A DNA stretch of 64,000 nt. Source: Camelus ferus (lineage: Eukaryota). The translations under genes and the position numbers were made by a program. Positions 22,187 to 36,160 of the stretch are shown piece by piece. Below the pieces are notes generated by a model that saw nothing but the letters and a program-made list of their open reading frames with translations, searched no databases and was not told where the DNA came from. Position 1 is the first letter of the stretch. Each line of letters starts with the position of its first letter. Location of the stretch: contig NC_045696.1 in the NCBI RefSeq assembly GCF_009834535.1, positions 9,054,001 to 9,118,000 on the forward strand, given 5' to 3'.

Positions 22187-23004
22187 GATTGTCTTAGCAA
22201 GCCTGACTCTCTTTGACCCACAAGGGACCTGGACTTTTCTTAAGTGCTCTCCTGGATGTGGAAGAGTCAGTGCCCAGCTCCCTCACGTGAGATGGAATTC
22301 AGTATTGTGAAACTGCCACACATTTTGAAACTAAGAAAAAAAAATGTGCTAAAATCTATCTAAACTCACAATCATCCCCTTTGCCTGTTAAGTCCCTTTG
22401 CATGCTAAGAAACCTTTTAAAAATGACAAGGCAATTTTGAAATGTTGAAGCTTGAAAATAGCAAAAAGCCGTCCCCCAAAGATGCCACCTCCTTGGTTCT
22501 GCTTTTCCGGTCAAGGGCGGGGACCATCCCTGTAACTCCCTCCCACGACACACTCCATCAGTGGGGGTGGGGCACAGGCCGCAGGAGGCCCCGCACCTGC
22601 TCATAGTGAGTCGCCAGGAACAGAAGCAACTTCAGAAACAGCCACTGAGCCAGGGTCTAAATGGCAAGAAGCCACTGCCAAGCTTTTGGAAGCAAGTTCG
22701 TGGCCAGGAGATTTCTTTCTCTTGAAATCGATCTGAAATGTGCACCCTGAAAAGACCTGCCCCTCGACTGAGAAAGCAAGTGATGTTGGGGGCAAAGGGA
22801 GGCTCCATGGCCACTGCACATGCAGAATTGAATAGAGAAGGTCTTGCGGGGCACCGGTCCCGGGGACAGAGCCCAGGAGTTCGTAAGAACAGCCACAACC
22901 AGAAAAGTGAAGGGGCAGGATGCTGAACACACCGACTTAGTACAGGGTTGCCATGTTCTTTCTTTTCCGTTTTTCCGACTTTGGCCAAATAGCACAAAGC
23001 AGCT

Positions 23005-23140
23005 TCTCTCTTGAGCCTCAGTTTCCTTATCTATAAAACGAGGGTGGTAGCGGTACCTGTTGTGAGGGCAGCTGAGTGGGATGAATTAAACAACCATGTC
23101 AAGTGCTTAGTGCAGTCATGGAAAACGGGCAGTTAATGTC
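23005..23140 (+). mobile_element. MIR fragment
   Basis: GAGCCTCAGTTTCCTTATCTATAAAACGAGG...AAGTGCTTAG. Confidence 0.75.
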
Positions 23141-26100
23141 AGCTGTGGCTATTGATGTCCAGTTTTCTAAGAGCACACTGAGTCCAAGCTGTCCAGTCTC
23201 AGAAAGGAGAGGTCACGATGCCCTGAGGGATGTGGGAAAGACTCCTTGGAGACAGAGACCCAGGGTTGGGGAGGAGATGGTGTGGAGGGTGGGAACCAAG
23301 AGGAGAGGGAAGGGGGGGGTCTAAGTGGGGAGTCCAGCCTGGGCAAAGGTGGGGTGGCGGGGCCCCAGTGGGCTGTGGGAGGTGGTAGTAAATCAGCCCA
23401 CCTCTTCAACTCCACGTCACCCTTGCTTCACTTGTAAGTACCCATAAAGAGGACAGAGGGAGAGCAAGGACCCTTGATGTAACTCAGCAAGTTTATCTTT
23501 TCAGTATCGAGGCTAATCAGGACATCTGTCACAGGAATCTTGGCAGGACTGTCTCCTCCTTGAGAGCCCTGGGGTTGCCTTATTCTCCTGAAGGCCCTTC
23601 TTAATGAAAAAGCCATGTCTCCCAGGGGACCACCACAGGATCCCTGGCTCTGTGCTTCTGATGATGCTTCTGACCACGTATTTGTCCAAACCCAGGATGG
23701 AAGGCATCTATCTTAGCTGCTTGTCCTGTTGGGGGCGGGAGTGGAGGCTGCACAGGAAACTCAAGCAAATTTTCAGTTTCTCAGGTAACTTCCTAGTGAC
23801 CTAGATGAGTCATGAGATGTCTCTGTGTCTCGTTTGAGTTCTGCAAAAGGGAGTAATAATGTTCTAGATGTGCTTGCCTCTTAATGACAGAGTTCCTGTT
23901 CGAAATCTTTGAATGTGTGAGAGAGGTACAGTAAAATGCATCAAAAATTGTCTTAGTCTGAAGAAACTATTTTTTAAATTATTTTATTTTCTGGTGGGGA
24001 ATAGTGATCCTACCATTTCACACATGGCCAGCATTTTCCCATATTATCTCAAAAACAACTTTTTTTAACTCCCATTCTTCAAAGAACTCTCCAGAAGCCG
24101 TGTTGGTGCCAGAACAGATCTTAAAACCTACAAAACACTTTTTCTGAAGCTTGTATTCCTTTGAGCGTCCCCATTCTTTCCCCTTGGGGCCACCAGTCCT
24201 CTGCCATCAGCCTGTTTGCTGAATAAAGTGCACCTCAAGTGATGTGTCTGTCTTGGCCTATTTTCCCCCCAAAAAAGTATGATGTCCCAGAGTGACAGGA
24301 AGGGAGCATTTCCTTTAAGAGCTTTGCAGACTGTGAACATAATTAGGAGGTGCTTTCAGAGAACTCGCGGTGATTCCTGCACGCAACACAGTTTAAAACT
24401 TCGTGTAATATTTGGCATGCTGGCAAAGTAAGGGGAACGCTCCTCTGGATGGTCCAGACATCCCTCCCTGCTGGAGAGACATCCTCTCATCCTCTCTTAG
24501 CTTCCTGAATCTCTCTCTCTCTCCCCCCAAATCTTTCTTCCGCTTCCCCTCTGCTCTCCTGATGACATTGAGTGATGCCAGAGAAGGGACAGAAAGAACT
24601 CAGAGGAAAAATAAACCTTGCATCCAACAGGCAACTGAAATGATGCGTTTTCTTACCGTGAGATGAAGAGCAAAAAGCTCCTGCTAGGGTTTACCAGTGA
24701 GAGCTCTGTTTGGCTGCACCTGAAGGGAAATCTGACTACAGCAGCTCAAGCAGCCGGGCATCGGTCTGGTGCATACAGCAGGGAGTTTCAGAGTGAGTGG
24801 TCCAGGGCCGGTACAGTGTGGCCAGGATGCTCCTGTGTGCTGGCCCCACTGTGAGTTGGCCTGCATCTCAGATCTGTCCAGGCAGAAAGGAGAAGGTGGA
24901 CTTCAAACCCGTCAGCTTGTGGAGCGCCATCTTTTTTATTCAGGAAAGGATGCCCTTCTCTACAAACTCCTCCTTTACTCCCCCTCTGGCTGCCAGCCGG
25001 CAAAGGGGAAGGAAACAGAGAGAAGGTGGCTGGGAATGGATGTCATGCTAGCAAAGACTGGTCCCAGGCAGATATCCTGGTTTTTCCCAGTGATGTCTCG
25101 TCTCGTATGTCTTCCACATCAGCAGTGCTTTGAAAATATACACAGGGGAACTCTGAGTTCTTCCTTCAGTCCTTCTTGGAAGTTGCAGGTGGATGCTGGG
25201 GAGTAGGGGAGGGTGCTATTTATTCCTGATTTACTGAAGGCAAAACAAGCAGGGAGCTGGTTAAAGGGGAGTCAAGGTCACACCTATTTTCACGGTCGAA
25301 ACCCAGAAGCACACTTAACTCACACACCGTTGGGAAAGAAAAACAGCCAGCCTTGTATGGACGGGAGTGTTACTTGTTAAGAGCCAGCACACCTGGCCCC
25401 CAGGTTGATGTATCCATCAGTAACTGGAAAGAGTTGCCTTTTTTCTCTCCCTCCCTTTTGTGAATTCTCAAAACCCCTGGCCCAACACCCTACATCCTTT
25501 ATTCTTTTTGTAAGAGAATTCTTTTCTACAGAAATTCTTGAGGGAAAAATTTTTTAAGTCACCCTCCATGAATTTACCTAAAGACATTTTTTATCTTTGA
25601 CTGAAATATGACAGCCAGATAATATCCCTCTATCTGGGAGATAGAGCACTTAATCATACCGTGAATTTCCACAAGTTACAGAGTATTTTTGCTTTGTTAA
25701 TTGCTGGCCCTGTCTACTTCCTGAGTCTGGATACAAATCTACCTCCCTGCAAGTCAATGCCTTCTTTAGGGGAAAAAAAAAAAAAAGAGTCTTTTTCTCA
25801 AATTTTCCTTGAAATAGGAAACAGTGTAAATCTTTCATTTTGTTTTGCTCCAAGATCATTGTTCATTCAGAGAACTGTTCACGTTTTGAACAACGCTGTC
25901 TTCCCAGCCCATGGTCCTTATGTGTCTATTTTCAGATTTTCATTTCAAACAGTGGGATCCCCCAGACATCTGAGCCCCACCCCCACCCCCCCGGTAAAAG
26001 TTCACTCCAAATAGAAATCTCAGTTGGCTACTTGGGCTCATTCAACAGCTCTGCTGGTGTCAAGACTGATGCTCCTTTGCGTAAACTTGTGGGGCCTGTG

Positions 26101-26531
26101 CAAAAGTGGCTCAAAGTTAAGGATTCAACTTGCTGGGTCTTGAAACCATGTCCTTTGGGAGAAATATGTGACTCTGACATTTTGCAAATCTGCTTACTTG
26201 CCTTGGCGGCCGTCGGGCTTTGATTCTTGGTCTCTTGGACATCCTCTTAGAAGACTAGGACTCCTAAGATGAACCCTTTCTGATCTCTGATGGGGAATGA
26301 AATGATAAGGTATGAGCGATAAATCAAGTATAGCCTGGGAGCACCACAGAGCAAGCCTGTCTCCTCTTCTCCTTGAGAGCTACATTGGTCTTGCTCGGCA
26401 CCTAAGTTCTTCCAAAAATGTTCAGGTTTTTTTTTTAATGGTGGTAGATCCTAAAGAAAGAGCTAGAAAATATTGCAATAGTCTGGTTTCCAGACAGGGA
26501 TATTTTTAAAAGGGCAAACAAAAGTCAGAAC

Positions 26532-26751
26532 TGTGGGATTAACAGATACACACAACTATATATAAAAGAGGTAAACAACAAGTTCCTATTATATAGCACA
26601 GGGAATGACATTCAATATCTTGTAATAACCTATAGAGGAAAAGAATTTGAAAATATATATATATATATATATATATATAACTGAATCACTTTGCTGTACA
26701 CCCGAAACTAAAACAACATTGCAAACCAACTATGCTTCATTAAAAAAATAA
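26532..26751 (+). mobile_element. L1 3' end with TSD
   Basis: GGGATTAACAGATACACACAACTATATATAAAA...CTGAATCACTTTGCTGTACACCCGAAAC... A-rich tail. TSD AAAGTCAGAAC (26521-26531) versus AAATTCAGAAC (26752-26762). Confidence 0.92.
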
Positions 26752-27836
26752 AAATTCAGAACCCTGAGCACACTGCACACTGTTTGGTGGTCACAGGCTG
26801 TCGTGGGTGAGTTTTTTCAGGGAGGCTAAGCACATTGTCAGAAGAGCTCTCTCATTGCTCAGTGGAGGAACAATTTCCATTTTCTACACAAAAAAAAATT
26901 TTAACACATATAGCCTTTGATGTTTATTTTTTACTACAGCCTCAAAATGTGCAAAAGAGAATGTAACTAAAATACATTCGTTGGGGGGCCATTTTTTCCA
27001 GGAGCAGTTTCAACGCCAACCACAGTTTGCTGCTTTATTACACAGCTTCTGTTTGCACTTTGAACTTCGTGCACCAAGCCCCTCGCTCCACACCATCTGC
27101 AGACTCCATCTGTGCAGCTCCATCCACCTCGCTAACAGTCGCAGCTGAACTTGATATTAACCCACTTTGAAAGTATACAATTTGTAAAATCCGAAACTGC
27201 ATCTACGTAAAAAAATCCACGCCAGGGTCTGAAGGAATTAGGAGAAAGGGAAAAAGTAGCCAGACCCTTCAGGAATTTGCTCTCTTGTCTCTGCCCTTTA
27301 CAGCCCAGCCTGAATAACATGGCAGGATTGGGGGGAAAATGAAATGTTCTAGGCATGGATGAATATGGAAAGAATCTAATACCGCTATTTTATTACTTTG
27401 GAATCCACTGTTCATACAGATCAGAATGGCTATGCCTCCCAGTCTTAGAAGAGAGGAACAATTTCTAAACAACCTTAAACAAATATTAGGACTGGGAAGA
27501 AGGTGGGGTCACATAAAGAGGTACAGATGCCAACAATGGAAATTCTGTTCAACTGCCAATCATCCCACCTCACTGCTTCACCTTAAAAAAAAAAATTATG
27601 CCTCCTACATGCTTCCCTCTAGATTGCGTTCAAAACAAAGAGATAATTGTATCCTAGAGGTGGATGAATCTGTTTAAATAGTAAATGAACTGTGAGACTG
27701 ATGAGCTAGGAGACATTGTCTCACGTGATGCTTTCTAAGTTACCTGTGTGTGTTTTCTATATATAGCTCTATATGGTTGCAGGTGGCATCTGAAACTATA
27801 TAAACATATAACTATATATAACTCTCTCTATATATG

Positions 27837-27838
<2 letters not shown>

Positions 27839-27887
<49 letters not shown>

Positions 27888-27900
27888 TTTTTTTTTTTTT
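27839..27900. repeat. Compound microsatellite (CA)n(TA)n(T)n
   Basis: Directly visible. Confidence 0.95.
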
Positions 27901-28637
27901 GGCTGGAGTGATCTTAAACACCTCTCTGTCTCAGGGCAGATTCCCTTGCCAAGGTCCCAGTGCTGGTTGATACCGGTCACAACCAGACACTGGGCCAGCT
28001 CTGTTCCTAACCCTAGAGTTTTGCAGACACTGGACTTGGGTGGCTGATTCCACTGGGAGTTTAAATAATTAGCAGGCACCTCTTGTAATGCGCCTTAATT
28101 ACTTTACATGGGTCAAACCCCACGCTCTTTATAAGCTAAATCCCTTTCTCAGCGTGGAAACATCAAGCAGACGGTTTCTATGGAGCCCCCAGCCCCAGAG
28201 AACTTCTGGGGGCCTGCGTTAGGAGGGGGCAGCTCCCCGAGAGCCGTGAGCACTGGCAATGGTTGGACGCTCCTTCCCACTCCGGGTTTGGGTGTCCTCT
28301 TTTACCCAGAACCCCAGCACTGCATTAGCAAAGCACCCACCACATGCCCACTGCCCTCCTTAGGCAATTTTATGGTTCACCACGTTGGTTTTGATGAAAA
28401 CCAAATCTGAAACGACCAGCAGAGCAGCAAGTGGGCATATTCATGAGAAGATGCAGGGATGGCCCCACGAGACTGCCAGCCTCCAGCTCTTAAGGGAAAC
28501 CCTGGGAAGTGGGGGAACAATGTCTTTGGACCAAATTGGAACCCGGCTGCAATTCCCATCCAGGATATATGGCCTCATAGCACTCGGATTCAAAGCTCTT
28601 ACACTCAGAAGTGGCCTCCATCAGGGGAAGTAAAGAC

Positions 28638-28678
28638 CTCTCTCTCTCTCTCTCTCTCTCTGTTTCTCTCTGTTTCTG

Positions 28679-28728
<50 letters not shown>
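28638..28728. repeat. Compound microsatellite (CT)n/(TCTCTG)n/(CA)n
   Basis: Directly visible. Confidence 0.95.
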
Positions 28729-28729
<1 letters not shown>

Positions 28730-29929
28730 AGTATTCAATTCACATGCCTTAGAGATTCCACTGCGACCTCGTCTCCTGATGCACTCAATTCAATAAAGCT
28801 TCCTCCTCTAGGTGGACCAGGAACTGCTGAACGTCATGACATAATTTCCAAATACTGGTTTACTGAGTTGTGCAGATCTTCCAAATGTCAATACATTTCA
28901 GTACAGAATATTAGGAAATCATCTTTGTTAACATCACCGTCAATCTCCTCAGCAAGTGTGTTGAAATACCAGTCTGCTCTTAAGCTCCCAGTAGCAGAAA
29001 CAAGTTCTACAAAATTCAAATTTTCACTTGAAAGCTCCAATTTTCTCAATGGCAATAAATACTGTCAATTGTTTTTCTTGGGAAAAAAAAAAAAAAAAAA
29101 AGACAGTAATTTCCAAATTCCTGTGATCGTGCCAAATAGAAGGAAAACTCACCGCACATGCCCCCAAACCTAGGCCGAGTTATACATTTATCGTTTACAT
29201 GCCTGTGCTGCTGTTCCGATGTAATCAGTGTGTACAGTGTAAAACACGTGCCAAAATTAGAAATTAAAACAAGATAAAAACTAAAAAGGCAAGCTGCGAT
29301 GTGTTTTTCCTTCCTCTTCATGAATACCTCCGTTTAAATCAGGAAGTCCCCAGGCCTGCACATTTCGTGTCTTGCTCACTGGGGGCTCAGCTGCCATCAG
29401 CAGGGACCTGAGCCCTTCACCGGGATGCTCCCATGGGTGCTGAAGTATAAACTCCACTCCAGAAGAAGGCGTGTGTTCTTGAGCACCAGGTCCTTCCCTG
29501 GGAGCTGTCTGTGATGGGGAGGCCAAGGGGAAGGATGGGCCTGATCAGCCAGCAGGAGAGTGGGGAGCCCAGTGCTTTGGAGTCAGGAGGTCGGTTTCTA
29601 TTCCATCTTTAGGGCAAGGGGCTCTGGAAAGTGGGTGCAACAATCCCTACTTTGGATGGCTGTCGAAAGGGTTAGAGATAATACATAGGAAGCAAGGGAC
29701 ACATAGAGGAAGTCAGTAAGTAACGGCAACTGGAAAATTCCACTGAAGGTGTATAGAGCAGAGTGGGCAGGGAAGTGAGCCCTGCTGGCCCAGCACACAG
29801 CCCCATAGCTGAGCCAGGAGCCAGCCCAGGGCAGGATGCAGAACTGGGTCTACCCCCCACTACGCAGCAGTGCAGACGTGGTCTGAGTGCGCCTCGGCCG
29901 ATGGCTGAGTTGTGAATTTTTAAAGCTGA

Positions 29930-30150
29930 TCGCAGTGACAGCTAGCATATACTGAGCATGTGCCAAGCGCCCCGTACTGACCCTGCCAAGCACTTTCTTG
30001 CATGACCTCCTTAAATCTTTCGCACAAACCCAGGAGTAGCTACTCTCTTTTCTAATCCTATTTTATTGAGGGGAGCAGGGCATGCAGAGGATTAGGTTAC
30101 CTGCCTGAAGTTAGGCTGCTAGGGGAGGGGGGAGCCAGGTCTGAATGAAG
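29930..30150 (-). mobile_element. MIR fragment
   Basis: GCTAGCATATACTGAGC...TGCCAAGCACTTT...CCTATTTTATTGAG...AGAGGATTAGGTTACCTGCCTGAAG. Confidence 0.6.
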
Positions 30151-30749
30151 GGGTTTGCCCTGCAGAGCCTACCGCCTGCCTGCAGGGAGGACAGTGGGTG
30201 TTGCCATTCTCTCAGTCTGACACACAAGAAAGCTGAGCTTTATGGAGTCAGGGACTTGCCAAGGCCCCCGGAAAGCAGGTGACACTGTGGGGGGCTGAAC
30301 CTCAGGTGGCCTCAAACCAGGGCCACTGTCCACTGTTAAGTCCACCATCCCGAACCGCTTGCCTGCTTCTGGACTGCATGTGGTCGTTTTAGGTCCCCAC
30401 TGTCAGTGTCAATGCCTCCCCTGCCCACTAGTTTAATCCTCACGGCCCCTCCCCATCAGAGCTTCACCCCAAGGGAGACATTCTGGTGGTTCCGGGGTTG
30501 CCCACAGCGGATGCTTCTCTAAACCGGCAGTGCACACACTTCAGTGGAAATCAGACTCACCTGTTCCCAAGATGATGGTGAGCTGCTGGCTGGGGGAGAC
30601 CATCATTAAGTCTTTCTTCCCAACCACCTAGTTGTGCACTTAGCAGTCTGGCAGTCTATCTGGGGAAGGACTAGTTTGATTCAGCGAGGCACTTCCTGGA
30701 AAAATACTTTAAAGAGACTATCACTCTTGGAGTAATGTCAGGCTGATCC

Positions 30750-30835
30750 TGCACTTGCACAAACAGGAGAGACAACACCTTCTTAAATTGCACGTCCTGG
30801 GTGCCTCTCTTGCCCCATCCTGGTCCGTGTCCGGG
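30750..30835. mobile_element. MER96-like half element
   Basis: GCACTTGCAC...CACCTTCTTAAATTGCACGTCCTGGGTGCCTCTCTTGCCCCATCCTGGTCC, similar to the 10724-10873 element. Confidence 0.55.
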
Positions 30836-33044
30836 ACCCACGTACAGAAGAACCCATGGAATGATCTGCCCAGTAATCAGGGGCCTAGCACCCAGGTCCA
30901 CCCTTCAGGAAGCCATGGAGTCCCAGGGAGCCAGCCCGTCAGGACCCTGACTCCAGCCAGGTTTTCAGTGAGGCTCCCAGCAGACACTCACATCCAACTC
31001 TTCCTGTGGTTGGGATAAAAATTCCACCCAGAAACGGCTGATTCAGCTGTATAGCAAAAGTGGCTGGACTGCCTCCCGCCAGCCGGACCCCGCACGCCAG
31101 AGCTGCAAAGCTAGAGGCCCACTCACCTGGCCAGGATGCTCTGTCCTTCTGCAGAAACTTCTGTAATTTCAGAAGTCCACGTCACCCGTCCTCTGACGTC
31201 ATTACGAGGCCTTTTTTCAAGTAGGTGGGTTTGAGGTTTTCTTTTTCTCTCTTTACCCTTATTTGTATAAAAGGCATTTTTCATCTGATGATTCTACAGC
31301 GAATTACCACAGAGTTGCAGAAAGTTCCTTTCTTTTCTCCTTGGGCTCCACGTGGCAAAGGATGCAATAATTAATTACAGTCCCCAGCCCCCCAAGCCGG
31401 CTCCTGGCCAGCAAGAGTCCCCTGCCTGCCTAGAAGCCGGGTGCCTGCCAGCCTCTAATTGTTGTTATGCAAACATCTTAATGGGAACAAATTAAAAAGC
31501 GCTCATGCTAATTATTCTTTGCAATAAAAAGTAATAGTAAACTAATAAAGCACCTTTGGAAAGATGATTCCATGTTCCCGCCAAAGACATGTTTTCCTCA
31601 CACAAAGTGTGCAGTTGACAGGGGAATAAAAACTCCACGGTGTAAATGGGAGGTTATAGTTGGGGAATTCTTGTGACTCAGAAAACTGCCCTTTTTGTGC
31701 TTATTTAGCACCATCTGCATACACCCCAGGGCCAGCCCCCCTTTCCTCCCTCCCTCTTCCATCTTCCTTCCGTGAGCTCCACTTGCCCTTCACTCAGGCC
31801 TCGGTTCTGTCTGGGGAGTCCTGGCCCTGGGCCCTCGCTAACACTCCCACAGGGGCCCTTCTCTGAGGCCCAGGCTTCCTACCCTTTTGTGCGAGAGATC
31901 TCACCTCCACCACAGGTCAGATCGGAGTCCAGACAATACAAAGAAGCAGTGGGAGTTGCTTCAAAACAGCCTCTTCTCTCTCATCCACTTTTTTTTATAA
32001 AGAGCACACAGCCTGAAGGAGTAAAAACAGAGAGGGACCGTGAAGCACGTGGCCTCACAGGAGCCTGGGCCCGTGATGGTTCTGGAAGTTCTGGAACAGT
32101 AGTCCACATCGGGTGAGAAGGGAGGGGGGCCCCCCACACCACCTGGCTTGGTTACTCTGTGCCTCCTTCACACCACTGCTGGGAAGGATTCTGGTCTTTG
32201 TGTCAGATAATTCAGTTACATTGTTGCTTATAAATAATAACATGCGACATTTGCCCAGTGGGGACAATATGTCAGGCACGTCTCCTCCAGCATCCCTTTT
32301 AATGAAAAACCTTGCAAGATAAGTACAGCTCTGAATCCTCATTGGATAAAAATGCTAAAGGAGCACGAAGCAAAGATGGGTTAAGAAACCTCCCGGGCCA
32401 CACAGCGTGTCGGAGTCAGAGCCCTGCGCGAATCCAGGTTCTCTAACATCAGCGCCCGTCCTGCGACGGGGCGGAGCATCTGTGTGCGAACGCCAGGTCT
32501 GCTTCCTGCTGAGTCACCTTGCGCAGACCACTGGCCCTCTCTGGGCCTCCCCTTCCTCATCTGTGCAGTGTGACGATGATGAGATGGTGCCCACCTCGTG
32601 TACCGTCGTGAGGACTGATTTAGGGGGGCCGGCCGGCGCACGAGAAACCTCAAGCTGAATTTGCTGATTGTAAAGGGCTTTCTCCTTTCCATCTGATTTG
32701 CTTTCTCATTGGATCCCATTCTCCTCGACTCTCCCATTTTCCTCTTTATGTGCTATGGCAAACCAAATCCAAAAAGTGAGCCCCAATTTTGTCGTCCGCG
32801 TGACCTCACCCTGGCATCCCGTGCATCCTTGCAGATTGGATGGTTTGGCTGCTGGTAGAAAACAGCTTATGTACAGGATAAGGGTGGAGTGTGACAGATG
32901 GAGCCTGGGGCTGACTTGGGGTCTCTACTTGGGGTTGTGTGTGTCCTCCCTGTGAAACTAGGGGGCAGGTGCCTGAGATCTCTGGTGCTCTGGTGCTCTA
33001 GGAAAGGCATCAGGCTTCGTGCAGGCTGGGAATTTGCCCTCCAT

Positions 33045-33250
33045 TAACCTCACCAAGGTTGACGTGGGGGACTGGCCCCTTCTTTGTTGAGGGGCCCTGT
33101 GCTTTCACTGCAGGATATGTAGCTGCATCCCCGGCCCACACATGCTAGATGCCAGTGGCACCACCTCTCCAAGATGTGACAGCCAGAACCACCTGCAGAC
33201 ATGGCCCAATGTCCCCTGAGGGCTACCATCACCCTGTGTGGGAACCACTG
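33045..33250 (-). mobile_element. MER20 hAT-Charlie element
   Basis: CACTGCAGGATATGTAGCTGCATCCCCGGCC...CTAGATGCCAGTGGCACC...GTGACAGCCAGAA...CAGACATGGCCCAATGTCCCCTG...GGAACCACTG. Confidence 0.85.
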
Positions 33251-33739
33251 CTCCAGAGAACCCCAAGGAGCCAGTGCACTATGGTCACTTCCCATGTATT
33301 TATGAGCCAAGGATATAAAATATTGACCCTCTCCAACATGTTTGTACCCCTACACCTACTTTGACCCCCTCTCCCACCCCAGTCCCCTAATGCTGGGTCA
33401 AGCTGTCCACGGGAACTGACAGTCCTTAAAAGCAGGGCAGTCATTCAAATTCCCCAGAGTTAAGAGCAGAAAGTAAAAGTATCCATGATTTCAGTCTGCT
33501 GGGGGCAAACAAGGAAGAACGATACACAGAGATTACTTTCTACAGGAAGCCAGACCTGTTAACTCGATCTTTAATAGTTTTTCTGCTGAAAAACTAGGGC
33601 AAAGGAGAGAAAATGAGGGACTCCCGGAACAATGCCTCCAGGTTGCTTCGGTTCAATGCTCACAATGATTAAGTTCAGAAGACAGAAGTCAGCCCCCAGG
33701 AGGCGATGAGAAAGCACTGTTGGAATGTCAAGTTTTATT

Positions 33740-33985
33740 GAACAAGCACTATTACACAGTATTTTCCATGGGCCGGGCCCTGCTTTAAGTGCCTGACAAA
33801 TAGAGACTCATGTCATCGTTGTCACCTATTCAGTGGGGATGATTAGCCTCCTCATTTTACACTTGTGTGGCTGGGGCACAGAGTGGCCAAGAGATCTGTT
33901 TAAGGTCACACAGCTGGGAAGTGGCAGGGCTGAATTCAACTGTAGTCTGGTTTGGGATCTTGAGCACTTAACTACTAAATTGTGC
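33740..33985 (-). mobile_element. MIR SINE
   Basis: CTTTAAGTGC...CCTCATTTTACA...GGCACAGAG...AAGGTCACACAGCTGGGAAGTGGCAGGGCTG. Confidence 0.8.
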
Positions 33986-34699
33986 ACCTTCCCAAGAGAT
34001 GGTCTTCCAAAGAGGGTGTAACCTGGACATTCATGTCCTTTGGAAAAAATTCAAAATGAGTGATCTGAGTCTCTAATTATAGGCATCATGGGAAGGAGGA
34101 CTATGAATTGATGATGAAAGAATCCTTACCTCTTTTAAAACTGTGTTTGAAGGGATGTACTGGAACTGTATCATAAAGGGATGATCAGCATATCTTTCAT
34201 GAAGACTCTCAAAAATCTAGAAAAGAGACAATCAAAAAGACCAGATACTGATAGATCCAAGGGCCTACAGGTCATTGAAGATCTAGTCAAAATGTCAGAA
34301 ATCTCAAAGCCCATTCAATTTCATTTTTCTACATGCTGTTTTCAAATCCCTCTGGGAGGATACTTCCCCACACTCCTGCGCACAATTTCCATCGCTCCCA
34401 TCACTTCTTTGGTAGCAGTGTCATTAGAGCCACCCAGCTGGGCCATTGATGAGTGGAGGGAAATCACTGTGCAGGTTATAAGTGCTAGGACACGTATCTG
34501 CATGGGGTGATGGGGGAACAGGAGCAGGCTCCCCACATCCCTGCCACAGACATGTATAGACGTCATCTATGTTTGCTCGCTGAAGCAGTGGGGTTACCAG
34601 AGTGATGCTCTGATGACCAAGTCTTCTAGGATACCTGTTGGGAGTTCATGCAAAAGGCCACATTCTAGTTCCGACTCTTTTTACTCAGTTCAGATATCT

Positions 34700-34905
34700 A
34701 CCGTAGCACTTGCCAAAATGTAATTGAAGCTTTTCTGTTTATAAATATATTCTCCCAGAGACTCTGAGTTCTTTGAAAGATAAACTCTCCTCATTTTTTC
34801 TCTTTATTCACTATACATGGCAGGGTGCAGGCACTCAACAAATGTTAGATGGATGGACAGATGGATGGATGGATGGATGGATGGATAGATGGGTGGATGT
34901 ATGGA
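34700..34905 (+). mobile_element. L2 3' end followed by a (GGAT)n tract
   Basis: AGACTCTGAGTTCTTTGA...GGCACTCAACAAATGTTAGATGGATGG, then (GATG)n at 34847-34905. Confidence 0.7.
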
Positions 34906-36160
34906 CAGGTGAACAGATAGAAGGATGAAGCTCCATCAGCCTTGAACTTACTACTGAAGTGTAGAAACTTCAATGGGTATGAGCAGAAGAGTCCACAGTA
35001 GCCTCTCCACCCACACAACAGCAGGGAGCAAGTAACTAGTACCTCCACCCGTACCTGGTTCCCTCCTTAGCTCCTGTGACCAGCTAAGAAATAGGAAGGA
35101 GTGTGTGGGGACATTAGAGCAAATGGGAGCAGATCGCATGAAGCTAGTTCCACTTTTGTCCAAAGGTATCGGGCTAGAAGTCCTGTGGGTGTCCCCGTGG
35201 GAAGCTAGGCAAGTACAAGGAGAAACATGTAAGAAACCTACATAGTCAACAGGCTTCTTTCTAATCCTGAGTTGATTGGTTTGTGCTTTAAATAGAATAC
35301 CTGTGTGGGAAGATAAATGCCTGTGCCCAAGAGAGTCATAATCACAGAACCGACAGTGAGGTCCAGTCCATGTCCCACTGGGTTACCTCTATGACACCAA
35401 ACAAAGAACAGAAAGGATGCTCTGTATTCCTCTGTTATCTGCTCCAAGAGACCTTTTTTATGGGAAAACCTAACCTTTTATTTTTTCCTGTTCAAAAGAC
35501 GATATCAGTGGAAAATCAGAAACATTGTCAAATAACTTACAGTAGTTGTAGATCTTGCCTATCTCGGTGAAGTCTGGGGAGGCTGAGTGTGCGCACAGAC
35601 GGTCCTGCTGGATGTCTATCCCATTGTACCCACCACCCTTTCTCTGTATCCCTCACTCTACGGGAGAATTCTCTTCAGGGAAATTTTGGGCAGGCGATGT
35701 TACATATGTGTGTTTCTGCTCCCCTTCCATTCCAAGACCTTTGGCATGTGTTGAATAATTGTAGGATCTGGTGCTCTGAATCACTTCTGGCCATTCCCTG
35801 AAAGTCCCTCTGCACCTAAATCCCCCTCTGCCAAGCCTGGACTTCGGTCACATGGAGGCATCCACCTGGGTCCATAGCCACGTCTGCATGTGAGAGTGAT
35901 TCCGTGAGAGCAGGGCCTTATTCTTTGCTCCATTCAAGAATGTTCCTTAGTGGATCTTCTGTCCAAAACAATGTCTTCTTAACTTTGTAACTGTCACACT
36001 TCTTCTTAAGATTTGATCTCCTGGTTCCTTCCTCATGGGTTTGTTCAGGCTCCTTTCTCTTACGTAGATAATATATAGGGAACTTCTTGCCAGAGTAGTC
36101 CTTTCTCATTACTTTCTCCATTTTCTTCTCCATGCCTGTCACCTTCAAATATCTTAAATC

